Assembly (NCBI GenBank): GCA_002269645.1
Contig: NIVC01002590.1
Location: forward strand, 62,001 to 126,000
DNA from: Macrostomum lignano
Taxonomy: Eukaryota
Length of the DNA: 64,000 nucleotides
Direction of reading: 5' to 3'
Shown: positions 50,541 to 62,310 of the stretch, one piece after another
Layout of the letters: each line of letters opens with the position of its first letter
Numbering within the stretch: the stretch's first letter is position 1
Program-made: the position numbers and the translations under genes
The notes under the pieces: generated by a model
Database searches by the model: none
What the model was told of the DNA's origin: nothing
Seen by the model: only the letters and a program-made list of their open reading frames with translations

Positions 50541-53500
50541 TCAGTTGTCAGTGCTGGATCTTCTGGGCGTGGAGAATTTCAGACGAAAAGAGAGTTTTTT
50601 ATCCTTGCAGCTGAGAATCTGCTTCCAAGCCTCCCTGAGATCCTCGCGCTCGGAGTCCGCTCCCAGGTGGATGACCCCAACGGTCTTCTGGAAGTAGTGC
50701 TGCACGCTGCCGACGCTGCCTCGCCGAAGATTCGCCATGCGGGCCGTGGGCTCCTGCTTGAGCAGCAGCTTCAGGCTGGCGCTCTCCAGACTGCTGGATT
50801 GCAGGCTGATGCGCATCTTGTGGTTGAACACCGGATTGTAGGAGTTTGTCACCGCGGCCGTGCGGTCCGACAGCACGACGTTGTGGCCGCGCAGCAGCAT
50901 CAGCTTCATGTACAGGCAGGGGGTGGTGGCCGATACCGGGATGGCCGCGTTGTTCACCTGCGGTCAGTTGATGAGAAATGCTTGTTTGGGATGCGGGACT
51001 GATGACTGTCTGTCCATTAAGGTTTGCAACTCATGAGCTGCCTCAGGGGAGGGGAGGACAGGAGCTCAGAGGAGGGGAGGACAGGAGCTCAGGGGAGGGA
51101 GGACAGGAACTCAGAGGAGGGGAGGACAGGAACTCAGAGGAGGGAGGACAGGAGCTCAGAGGAGGGGAGGACAGGAGCTCAGGGGAAGGAAAGGACAGGA
51201 ACTCAGAGGATGGAAAGACAAGAACTCAAAGGAGGGGAGGACAGGAACCCAGAGGAGGGAGGACAGGAGCTCAGAGGAGGGGAGGACAGGAGCTCAAAGA
51301 AGGGTAGGACAGGAGCTCAGAGGAGGGGAGGACAGGATCTCAGAGGAGGGGAGGACAGGAACTCAGAGGATGGAAAGACAAGAACTCAGGGGAGGGGAGG
51401 ACAGGAACTTAGAGGAGGGGAGGACAGGAGCTCAGAGAAGGGGAGGACAGGAACTCAGAGGAGGGAGGACAGGAGCTCAGAGGAGGGGAGGACAGGAACT
51501 CAGAGGAGGGAGGACAGGAGCTCAGAGGAGGGGAGGACAGGAACTCAGAGGAGGGAGGACAGGAACTTAGAGGAGGGGAGGACAGGAGCTCAGAGGAGGG
51601 GAGGACAGGAACTCAGAGGAGGGAGGACAGGAACTCAGGGGAGGGGAGGACAGGAACTCAGAGGAGGGGAGGACAGGAACTCAGAGGAGGGAGGACAGGA
51701 ACTCAGAGGAGGGGTGGACAGGAACTCAGAGGAGGGGAGGACAAGAACTCAGAGGAGGGGAGGACAGGAGCTCAGAGGAGGGGAGGACAGGAGCTCAGAG
51801 GAGGGGAGGACAGGAGCTCAGAGGAGGGAGGACAGGAGCTCAGAGGAGGGAGGACAGGAGCTCAGAGGAGGGGAGGACAGGAGCTCAGAGGAGGGGAGGA
51901 CAGGAACTCAGAGGAGGGAGGACAGGAACTTAGAGGAGGGGAGGACAGGAGCTCAGAGGAGGGGAGGACAGGAACTCAGAGGAGGGAGGACAGGAACTCA
52001 GGGGAGGGGAGGACAGGAACTCAGAGGAGGGGAGGACAGGAACTCAGAGGAGGGAGGACAGGAACTCAGAGGAGGGGTGGACAGGAACTCAGAGGAGGGG
52101 AGGACAAGAACTCAGAGGAGGGGAGGACAGGAGCTCAGAGGAGGAGAGGACAGGAGCTCAGAGGAGGGGAGGACAGGAGCTCAGAGGAGGGAGGACAGGA
52201 GCTCAGAGGAGGGGAGGACAGGAGCTCAGAGGAGGGAGGACAGGAGCTCAGAGGAGGGAGGACAGGAACTCAGAGGAGGGGAGGACAGGAGCTCAGAGGA
52301 GGGGAGGACAGGAGCTCAGAGGAGGGAGGACAGGAGCTCAGAGGAGGGAGGACAGGAGCTCAGAGGAGGGGAGGACAGGAGCTCAGAGGAGGGAGGACAG
52401 GAGCTCAGAGGAGGGAGGACAGGAGCTCAGAGGAGGGAGGACAGGAGCTCAGAGGAGGGAGGACAGGAACTCAGAGGAGGGGAGGACAAGAACTCAGAGG
52501 AGGGGAGGACAGGAACTCAGAGGAGGGGAGGACAGGAACTCAGGGTAGGGAAGGACAGGAGCTCAGAGGAGGGGAGGACAGGAGCTCAGAGGACAAAGAC
52601 TGCACTGCTCACCCGCTCAATTTTGACCGTCAGCCGCTTCTTGCGCTGCACCTGCCGCACAGAGAAGACGAGCTCGCCCTGAGACAGCTCGGACTCCTGC
52701 CTGTCCAGGTTGAGGAATTTCCACAGCAGGACTCCTTTCTCCAGCTCCGCCAGGGTCAGGCTGCGCAGCAGGATGACGGCCTCGCCAATCAGCGTGCTGC
52801 TGTCCCCGGTGGTCCGGTCCCACACCTCGATAACGAACGCCTTGTGCTCTTTGAAGTTGTCCTCTAGAAAGTTGCGGATTCGGAATACCTCCTTCCACAC
52901 TGGGTTGCTGGTCAGCATTCGGACTTTGGTCTCCAAGCGGGAGCTGGACGAGATCGGCAGGAAGCTGACGGTGGCGAAGGCGCAGATTTCGCTGCCGTTG
53001 ACTGAGCGAAGATCCTTGGCCTCGATGATCTTCAGGGTGAGCAGCTGCTCCTCGCGATTGTAATGGAAGCTGAGCAGCACCTTGCCGCGGTTCTCGTCGT
53101 CGCCTGTTGAGAGAGATTGTGATTAGGGAGATGATGATTAGAGATGATGATTAGAGAGATGATTAGAGATGATGATTAGAGAGATGATTAGAGATGATGA
53201 TTAGAGAGATGATGATTAGAGAGATGATGATTACAGATGATGATTAGAGAGATGATGATTAGAGATGATGACTAGAGATTAAGCTTAGATATGATCATTA
53301 GTGAAATAATGATTAGGGATATGATAATTAGAGATGATGGATAGTGAAATGATAATTAGGGAGACAGGTTATGATCGGAGAGATTACGATCATAGGAAAG
53401 ACATGATTTTGAGATCTAGGATTTTGATAAAAGAGACACTGAGAAAAGAAATGATCATAGAGATGATTGGAGAGAGATGATTGAAGAGGGATGATTGGAG

Positions 53501-53994
53501 AGAGATGATTGGAGAGAGATGATTGGAGAGAGATGATTGGAAAGAGATGATTGGAGAGAGATGATTGGAAAGGGATGATTGGAAAGGGATGATTGGAGAG
53601 AGATGATTGGAGAGAGATGATTGGAGAGAGATGATTGGAGAGAGATGATTGGAAAGGGATGATTGGAGAGTGATCAAAGAGTGGTCAGGTGTCGCAGGAA
53701 CATGGGGCCCCCGCACCCACCCTGATGGCTGAGGTCGCCAGCTTGCTCCAGCTGCTGGATGGTGCTGCCATTGTAGGAGCCGATGGAGCTGGCCATGCTG
53801 AGCCGGGAGGCGCTCAGACTGCCCAGGCTCATCCGGCGCCCTTTGCCGGCGGCGCCGTCCTCGACAGCGGCGCTGTGCCGTTCGAGCTCACGCTGGACGC
53901 CGCTGCCGCCCGTGTTGGAGCGCCGCCGGGACCGCTGCTGATGCGGGAACTGCCCGCCGTTCTGCAGGAAGCCCTTCAAGGAATAGTCGGTCAT
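50541..53994 (-). CDS. Tandem C2-domain (synaptotagmin-like) protein, probably Ca2+-independent; exons (minus) 53994-53721, 53103-52613, 50957-50541; further upstream exons are possible
   Basis: C2A: RGKVLLSFHYNREEQLLTLKIIEAKDL...TKV...NPVWKEVF...IGEAVI. C2B: GELVFSV...LTVKIER|...YMKLML...NPVFNH. Junctions CAGG|GTGGGT, CAACAG|GC, CGG|GTGAGC and CGCAG|GTG are phase-consistent. The start codon is less certain. Confidence 0.82.
51040..52590. repeat. 22-23-bp GA-rich minisatellite GGAGGACAGGA(G/A)CTCAGAGGAG(G) filling C2-gene intron 2
   Basis: Tandem copies. Confidence 0.94.
53125..53670. repeat. 12-14-bp repeats GATGATTAGAGA / GATGATTGGAGAGA in C2-gene intron 1
   Basis: Tandem copies in two sub-blocks. 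Confidence 0.88.
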
Positions 53995-54959
53995 GGCTTG
54001 ATGAAGCTGAGCTCTGTTATTTTGATGCCTCTCGTTTCGCCTGCCGCGTTTATAACTTAAGTTTTCTCAGTGTTATTTTGCTCCATTCTATTGGCTCGGG
54101 GTAGAGAGAGAAGCTTAAAATGGCTGAGATTTATTCGTCAGCTGGGCGGAATGCGCTGGATTCTCAGCCGCCGTCCCTGAGTGCAACAGCTTCAAGTTTA
54201 TTATTGAGTTGCCTTTAATTTTGCTCTAGCTAGAGAACAGCCTAGTCAGCCCTACTGAGACCTGCGAATGGAGGCCAGGAGGGGGCACAGGGGTCATGAC
54301 CCCCTCACAATGGGCCGATTGCATTTGAGATCCTTCCTGTTGCTCTTTCCCTCCTATAGGCCCAAGTAAATAATTACGCCTAGCTAAATTAATTACACAA
54401 CATATCGGGTGATCTTAACTGTCACTCTGGGTTTCTCTGCTTACACATTGCTCACAGTCACTCCACTGGGCTCCCATAATTTTTTGTTTACATCGAATTG
54501 AAGCTTTTGAGCTCACTGTTTATGCCAAAAATAGCATTAGTTGGGCCTGTGCCTCTGTGTGCAGTGCAGCAATGCAGGGACAGTGAGAACCCACATACAC
54601 TGTACAGTGCTGCATAACAATAGATAACAATTTCCCTCTTTGAATGCGGTACAGACAGTTTATTTAAGTAGTAAAGAGCGCATTGAGTAGCATGATTTTC
54701 TCGAATACATGTACTGTATATTCTCAATTGCTTTCTATTAATTGATAATTACTTCTCAAATATACCGGTTTGTGAGTTCTTATCGGGGCTTCATAGAGAC
54801 TAAAAGTCTGCTAAACTGCAATAAGTATTGAAAATTGTCAATAAGAGACTTGGTGACTGCTGACACAAATATTTGATGCACAGTTAGTCAGTTTGAGGGT
54901 AAGGTAGCGTATATTCACGTGGCTATCATCAATTTCCATCAGTTATCCAGTGGTTTCCA

Positions 54960-55230
54960 TCAGTTATCTAACGGTTTCCATCAATTATTATCCTACGACT
55001 TCAATCAATTATCCTACGACTTCAATCAATTATCCTACGACTTCAATCAATTATCCTACGACTTCAATCAATTATCCTACGACTTCCATCAATTATCCTA
55101 CGACTTCCATCAATTATCCTACGACTTCAATCAATTATCCTACGACTTCAATCAATTATCCTACGACTTCCATGAATTATCCTACGACTTCCATCAATTA
55201 TCCTACGACTTCCATGAATTATCCCCCGGT
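54960..55230. repeat. 21-bp minisatellite TTC(A/C)ATCAATTATCCTACGAC just downstream of the ENaC stop codon
   Basis: Tandem copies. Confidence 0.92.
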
Positions 55231-55265
55231 ACTATCAATCAGGCTGCACTTTCCGAACCCCTCGT

Positions 55266-57537
55266 CTACTCGCCCAGCCCTCTGCAGCAGCTTCTCATCA
55301 GCTGGGACAGCAGGTCGGCCAGCTCAAACATGGTCAGGATGCTCAACCCCAACCAGAAGCCGCCCTGGCCGCCGCAGTCGCTCAGCAGGTCCTTGAGCTC
55401 GTAGCTTGGCGAGTCCTCAACCCGGTAGACTTTCAGGTGCTCGGCGAAGATGCTAACGCGCAGGAAGTTGCCGCGGGCGAAGTCCAGCAGCATGTTGTCA
55501 GCCTTCGCCTTGGCTACGTCGTTGGCGTAGCCGCTGGCCGTGGCGAGCTCGATGAGCCGTGGCAGGTAGGACAGCGCCGGGAACTGGCCGTAACTGCTGG
55601 TCGCCCTGTACACCCGCCGGCTGCAGGGAAATTTGCACCTCTCCAAGCAGTCGACCCCGCCAGTCAGCAGCTTCTCGTAGCAGGACTTCTCGGTGACGTT
55701 GCCGCGGATCAGAATGGCGGAGCGCAGCTCGCAGGGCCGCTTGCTGTTCCGCAGGGAGTTGCTGGCGTAGCTGCAAGACAGGTAGCAGCCGCAGGTGCTC
55801 AGGGCCGCCTGCTGCATGCAGGTGCGCAGGCAGGCCTGGTGGCTGTAGCCGACCTCAGCCGCTGCCGCCGGACTTTCCGCCCTAACGGCAACGGAGGCGT
55901 TCACGTAGGCATTCAGCTGGCGGTTCTCCTCGTCCGTGTAGATCTTGCAGGTGCCGTAGGGCGGCGGCAGGGTGTCGATTCGGTGGAAGCTGAGCCCGAT
56001 CTGCGCCGAGCTGCCGGGGCTCAGGTGGAAGCCGGCGGCCTCGGCAAACGGATAGGTGCGCGGCTCGTGGATCAGGATCCGGAAGCCGGCGTCTCCGTAA
56101 CCATTGTCAACATAGTCGGACTGGTTCAGGGCCAGCGTCATCTGCAAGCTGTTGAATGGCCCGTAGCTGGCCATCCTCCAGCTGCCGTTCAGGTTGATGG
56201 TGTAGCAGAAGCCGAAGGCGGCATTGCGGAAGGTGACGAAGTCCTTGGGCGTGCACTGCATGCCCAGGTAGGAGCAGTCGAGCAGAATCTGCTGCAGTCT
56301 CACGGAGACGCCGGCCAGCAGGGAGTCGTTGACCTGGTTGATCCCCATGGCGTAGCTGCCCATCAGGAAGTTTTCCTTGGACGGCACGTTCGAGGTGGTG
56401 AGGCGCCACTTCTCTTCGCAGGTCATGTTGCCCGGCAGGCTGCTGCTGTTGGTGCTGGCGGATCCGGGTGGCGCGGTCGAGAAGATGTAGCCCATGACTT
56501 CAGTCAGGGCCTTCATGTTGGCCTGTGTGCTGAAGTTCGACAGGCCGTTGATGGGACAGATCGTGACCGCCGGGAACTGCACGCTGGTGACGTCCTCCTC
56601 GTAGCGCCTGGTGGCCACCGGGAACTGCGAGAACTTGATGGCCAGCTGGCTGATCTGCCGGTAGGGTCGAGGGTTCGAATTTCTGATTGAGGTTTCAGTT
56701 CCGGTGCTGGTGCTTCGGCTTTTAGAGACAGTTTTGTGTTTTAGGGCCAGCTTGGATTGGGACTTAAAGTAGCGTTTCGGGTAAGGTTCCTAGTAGTGTT
56801 TTGGGTAGGGTTTCGGGCAGGGCTTCGGGTAGGGTTTCGGTTAGGGTTTTGGGTAGGGTTTCGGGCAGGGCTTCGGGTAGGGTTTCGGTTAGGGTTTTGG
56901 GTAGGGTTTCGGGCAAGGTTTCGGGTAGGGTTTTAGGTAAGGTTTCGGTTAGGGTTTCGGGTAGGGTTCCTAGTAGTGTTTTGGGTAGGGTTTCGGGTAG
57001 GGTTCCGGGCAGGGTTTCTGGTAGGGTTTTGAGTAGGGTTCCTAGTAGGGTTTCGGGTAAGGTTTCGGTAGGATTTCGGGTAGAGTCTCGGGTTAATTCA
57101 GTTTCGGTTTCGGTTAAGGTTTCGGTTTCAAGTAGAGTTTCAGGTAGGCTTTCGGGTAGGCTTTCGGGTAGACTACTAGACTAGTACTAGACTACAAGCG
57201 TTTCGAGTAGGGTCTGGAGTTGATATCCTACCTGGTAGGCAAAGAAGCCGACCGAGCACACCAGCAGGCAGGTCCAGACAATGCGCCTCATCGCCGATGG
57301 AGCATCGGCCTCATCCTCGGTCAGCTTCCCAATCCCGTGCATGCTGGTGGTGCGGGCCCACTGCGTGACGGCGAGCCGCATCTTGGCCGAGCTGGCCGAA
57401 TAGACGGAGGAGCGGCCGGGGCTGTCGGTGGACGAAGCGGTGTCGGCGGCGGCGGCCCAGGCCTCCCGCGCCTTGGCCTGCTGGCCCTCGCTCAGGGTGA
57501 AGACGGGGCAGTCCGCCTCACCCGGCAGTGGCTTCAT
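55266..57537 (-). CDS. DEG/ENaC (amiloride-sensitive sodium channel / ASIC / FaNaC superfamily) subunit, ~564 aa; exons (minus) 57537-57232 and 56654-55266
   Basis: Pre-TM1 TSMHG motif, TM1, FPAVTICPIN, FGFCYTIN, Cys-rich thumb (CLRTCMQ...CGC), and TM2 DCGGQGGFWLGLSILT with the GxS filter. Phase-0 GT-AG intron. Confidence 0.95.
56780..57175. repeat. 12-bp telomere-like repeat GGGTAGGGTTTC in the ENaC intron
   Basis: Tandem degenerate copies including TTAGGG. Confidence 0.82.
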
Positions 57538-58119
57538 CTCTTCCGGCTGTTGCGGTTTTAACAATTTTTAACACAAAAGGAAAATTGAAGTTGAAACATG
57601 AAACTCCCAGAAATTTCTTGACCAGCCCGGCATTAAATCCCGCAGCGCTGGACACTCCCCCCAGCCAGGTGGAAAACTTGGAGAGTGTTTGCTCAGCTGG
57701 CTGTGCTCCCAAGCTGCTGGAGCTGACTGGCTGACGGGCTGGCTGGAACCAGAAATTCAAATTGCAAAAAATATATCAATTCCACTGGGCAAACATTGCC
57801 TGCGAGAGCCGGGGGTTTCACCATAGCTGACCAAATCCTCAACTGCTGGTTGTTGGGGCATCAGCGCAAGGAGGAGGAGAGGAGAGGAGAGGAGAGGAGA
57901 GGAGAGGGTCCAATGCTGCCACCAGCTGTCACTTGTCAGAAGTGTGAACACTGAGCCAGCGGAAATGATTGATTAGTATGTAGAATCGGGTTGGTGAATT
58001 CATTTATTTAACTTTTGTTTGTTTTTGCAATTATTGATAATATATGCCAAGTGGCACTTTGCGGATTAGCGAACTCAGTTAGAAAGAGCGCTATTCAATC
58101 CACGATTACTCTCGATTTT

Positions 58120-58540
58120 ATTATAGAAGCTCACTTTTACCATTCACTCCCAAGGTTCACTCACAAGGTTCACTCTCAATTTTCACTCTCCGAAGTTCAC
58201 TATCAGGGTTTACTCTCAGGGTCCACTCTCAGGGTTCACAAGGTTCACTCTCAGGTTCACTGCCAAGTTTCACTCTCATGTTTCACTCTCAAATTTCACT
58301 CTCAAGTTTCACTCTTAAGTTTCACTCTTAAGTTTCACTCCCAAAGTTCACTCTCAGGATTTACTCCCAAGGTTTACTATCAGGGTTCACTTCCAAGGTT
58401 CAGTCTCAGGGTTCGCTCTCAGGGTTCGATCTCAGGGTTCACTCTCATGTTTCCCTCTCAGTTTGCACTCCAAAGAGTGAATACACTCCCAAGTTCATTC
58501 TCAAGCATCACTCTCGGAGTTCAGAAAGCGCAAGACAAGT
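58120..58540. repeat. Degenerate TTCACTCTC(A)AGG(G) repeat in the ENaC/RING divergent intergenic region
   Basis: Imperfect copies visible. Confidence 0.7.
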
Positions 58541-59278
58541 TCACTTTTCAGACTTAAAAATTCTATTCAGACTTCCTGATTCTATGCAGACTACTCATTG
58601 GCTCAGCGTCAGTATGGCGCATGGCAAGAAATATTTTATTTTCAGGACAACAGACGCGTTGGCGCAGAGCCACTCTGCCCCTCTAGTTCTTAGTTAGTTA
58701 GTTAAATTTAAATAATTTTCATGCTCCTATGGGCTACTATCGAACAGTAGGTTAAAAGAGTATTAATATCGGAATACGGAGTGAACTATCAAAAGTTTTA
58801 GCATCTGTGTTTCCAAAGATACGTATTTTTTTAAGGCCCTTGTTTAACCTATTTTAATAATGCAAATAATAAATTATAGCTATGAAGATAATTCTAGACT
58901 CAACAGCTGCACACAGCGCGCACCTATGTAAGAAATTAAGCCATGAGAACGAGATAAGAAGCCAGTCCATCTTGTACAGGCAGAGCTGCAATATGAAAAA
59001 ACACTGTACACTGAAATCTCTACCCACCACCCAATTTGCTCAGGCGTAGCAACCAAGCTGGACTGCACTGGGACAGACTGGAGTGCTGCGCTGCCATATC
59101 GATTGAGAGAGCGAGACTGCCGCCGTCCCTTCCTTCCCTCACCGCCAGCCAGCCCCAGCCCCCGCCAGTGCCCTGCAGTACTGTAAATAGGCGTTCTCGC
59201 CTTATGCAGTGCACTCTGCGCTGTTGAGACCGAACTGATAGACAGGCAGACAGGCGAGTTGCCAGGCCAGCTGCTGTC

Positions 59279-61877
59279 ATGGAGCCGCGCGATCGAACCT
59301 CGGACTCGGGGGATGTCGGCCAGGTCTACGACCAGCAGACCATGGTGGCCATCTCCATCTTCTCCTTCATGGACCGGCTGCTGTCCGCCATCAGGAGCGG
59401 CGCCGACGAGGGCGACGCCGACAATGACAGCGAAGGCGACGGCGAACAGCCGGACGGCGAGGATGCCGGCGAGGCGGCGAAAATTCAACCGGGCGGCTAC
59501 TCGGATGAAATGTTCTTTTATCTGTCTGACGCTGAGAAGGAGCAGTTCGAGTGCCGCATCTGGTGAGCCGCTGTGGGGGCGATTCTTACAGCCATTGTTT
59601 ATGCCAGGGCGATTCTTACAGCCATTGTTTATGCCAGGGCGATTCTTACAGCCATTGTTTATGCCAGGGCGATTCTTACAGCCATTGTTTATGCCAGGGC
59701 GATTCTTACAGCCATTGTTTATGTCAGGGCGATTCTTAAAGCCATTGTTTATGTCAGGGCGATTCTTACAGCCATTGTTTATGCCAGGGCGATTCTTACA
59801 GCCATTGTTTATGCCAGGGCGATTCTTACAGCCATTGTTTATGCCAGGGCGATTCTTACAGCCATTGTTTATGCCAGGGCGATTCTTACAGCCATTGTTT
59901 ATGCCAGGGCGATTCTTACAGCCATTGTTTATGTCAGGGCGATTCTTACAGCCATTGTTTATGTCAGGGCGATTCTTACAGCCATTGTTTATGCCAGGGC
60001 GATTCTTACAGCCATTGTTTATGCCAGGGCGATTCTTACAGCCATTGTTTATGCCAGGGCGATTCTTATAGCCATTGTTTATGCTAGGGCGATTCTTTCA
60101 GCCATTGTTTATGCCAGGGCGATTCTTACAGCCATTGTTTATGCCAGGGCGGGTCTTACAGCCATTGTTTATGCCAGGGCGATTCTTACAGCCATTGTTT
60201 ATGCCAGGGCGATTCTTACAGCCATTTTTTGTCATTTACCTCGCCAACGGCGTCAAGCTCCATCCAACCCTACCATACCGCATCTGCAGCTTCAGCATCC
60301 TGAAGGACTGCCACGAGTGCCGCAACAGGCACCGGTTCTGCTACGGCTGCATCTACATGTGGAGCGGCCAGGAGGGCGGCGGCGCGGACTTCTGTCCGGT
60401 GTGCCGAGCGCCGGGCGAGTACGCCAGGAGCCCGGACGTCAACGAACGGCTTGGCAAGAAGCGGGTTCGCTGCTCCGAATGCAACTGGCGCGGCTGCCTG
60501 CGCGACTTTGACGGGCACGAGCACCGGCGCTACGATGAGAAGGAGCTGGCGCCGTCTGCTGGCGCCCAGCTGCCCGCGCTTAGCAGTAAGCAGAGCCTCG
60601 TGGCTGCCCAGCCACCCCAGCCTTCCCAGACTCCGTTGCAGCCACCACCGCCTCCGCCCCCGCAAGCTCAGCCTACGGCGGCAGAAGTCCCAGTCGCCGC
60701 CCAGCCACAGCGGCTTACGCAGCCTCCGCCGCAACCGCCCCGCCTGCTGGGACTTCGGCAGCAGGGCTCCGGCCGCAGGCTGACGCAGAATTCCACGACA
60801 CCCACCGCTGCACCCGTCGCTGCCACCGGCGCTAATCGTCAGGCCGGCAGCGGCGGCGGTGGCAGCCGGCGAGGCTCAACGGCAGCAGCTGGCGCGAATT
60901 CTACGGCGGGCAGCGGCGCCAGGAGACTGGCAGCGGCGACGGCCGGGACGTCTTCTCAGGAGCAGCCGCCACCGCCGCCTCCTGCGCGAACTCCGCATCC
61001 GCCGACGGCGCCACGTCCAACGAATGCGACGACAAGACCACTGGCTCGCCGGCTGCAGCAGCGTACAAGACCTCAACCGCAGGCGGCTTCAGAAGCAGCG
61101 CCACAAGCAGCGCCACAAACAGCGCCACAAGCAGCGCCACAAACAGCGCCACAAGCAACGCCACAAGCAGCGCCACAAGCAGCGCCACAAGCAGCGCCAC
61201 AAGCAGCGCCACAAGCAGCGCCTCAAGCAGCGCCACAAACAGCGCCTCAAGCAGCGCCACAAGCAGCGCCACAAACAGCGCCACAATCATCATCGACATC
61301 GACTAATTCCGCTGCGGAAACATCAACCCTGCCGCCGCCAGCTACGTTTGCCACCGGCACGGCACCGCAGGAGCCGCCGCAGCCGCCACCGCAGCCGCAG
61401 CCGCAGGAGCTGCAGTTTGCCCGCTTGAACCGTCGGGCGCGTCGCCAACCGCCGGCCATGGCGCAGCGGCTGCAGCAAAGCCGGGACCACCTGGCGGTGC
61501 TGATGGCGCTGCTGTCGGTTGAGCTGGACGAGCGCCGCCGCGCCGTCGAGCAGCACCAGCAGGAGGCGGAGCAGCGGGAGATGCGGCGCCTCCACCAGCT
61601 GGCCGAGGTACAAAGCCTCAATCGGCGACTGTCGCAGGTGGCCAGCAACCTCAGCCGGATAGTGGACGGCGGTGGCGGCGACGGAGGCATCGGGGTGGCC
61701 GCCGCTGAGCCGCCCCAGCCACCGACGCAGCCAGGTCGGCTGCCCCGACTACCAGCTGGTGGCGGCGGCGGCGGCATTCTGCATCCCAGAGTGGGGCTCG
61801 GGCCGCCCATCAGGCCCGCCTCGAGCGAGCTCGCCTCCGACTCTGAGTTGGATTTTGAGGACTCTGACACGGACTGA
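59279..61877 (+). CDS. RING-finger (C3HC4, TRAF/RNF151-like) putative E3 ligase with a low-complexity P/Q/A-rich C-terminus and a coiled coil; exons 59279-59562, 60290-61877
   Basis: Splicing TG|GTGAGC...CTGCAG|C restores CRICFSILKDCHECRNRHRFCYGCI...CPVC. This is followed by a Zn-finger-like CSECNWRG...H segment, then AAPQ repeats and a Q/E/R-rich helical region. Confidence 0.88.
59578..60225. repeat. 30-bp minisatellite GCGATTCTTACAGCCATTGTTTATGCCAGG filling the RING-gene intron
   Basis: About 21 near-perfect copies. Confidence 0.96.
61094..61290 (+). repeat. Coding 12-bp repeat GCAGCGCCACAA (AAPQ/TAPQ) in RING exon 2
   Basis: In-frame tandem copies. Confidence 0.9.
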
Positions 61878-61959
61878 TGACGGGGCTTGAAAGTTGTTTG
61901 AAAATTTCTTGTGATTTCAAAAACTTGTGATGTCCGAGCACTTTTCCCTTGGTGCTCGC

Positions 61960-62310
61960 AGCCTCTCCTGGCACTATCTTGACATCCTAGCCACTGCCTC
62001 TCCTGACACCCCTGCCTCTCCTGACACCCCTGTCTCTCCTGATACTCCACTGTCTCTCCTGATCCTCCACTGCCTCTCCTGACACCCCAATCTCTCCTGA
62101 GACCCCATTGCCTCTCCTGACACCCCTGTCTCTCCTGATACTCCACTGCCTCTCCTGATACTCCACTGCCTCTCCTGATACTCCACTGCCTCTCCTGACA
62201 CCCCACTGCCTCTCCTGACAACCCACTGCCTCTCCTGACACCCCACTGCCTCTCCTGACACCCCACTGCCTCTCCTGACACCCCACTGCCTCTCCTGACA
62301 CCCATGTGAA
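61960..62310. repeat. 20-bp minisatellite CCTCTCCTGACACCCCACTG downstream of the RING stop codon
   Basis: Tandem copies. Confidence 0.9.

Noticed and set aside
51024-52682. 552-aa G/E/R-rich ORF on the + strand
   Set aside because: It is the translation of the intronic GA-rich satellite, antisense to the C2 gene.
44168-56690. Long antisense ORFs opposite MCT (44168-45292) and ENaC (55437-56690), and similar ones opposite zic, OST-alpha and RING
   Set aside because: Expected shadow ORFs of GC-rich coding sequence, with no domain-like features.
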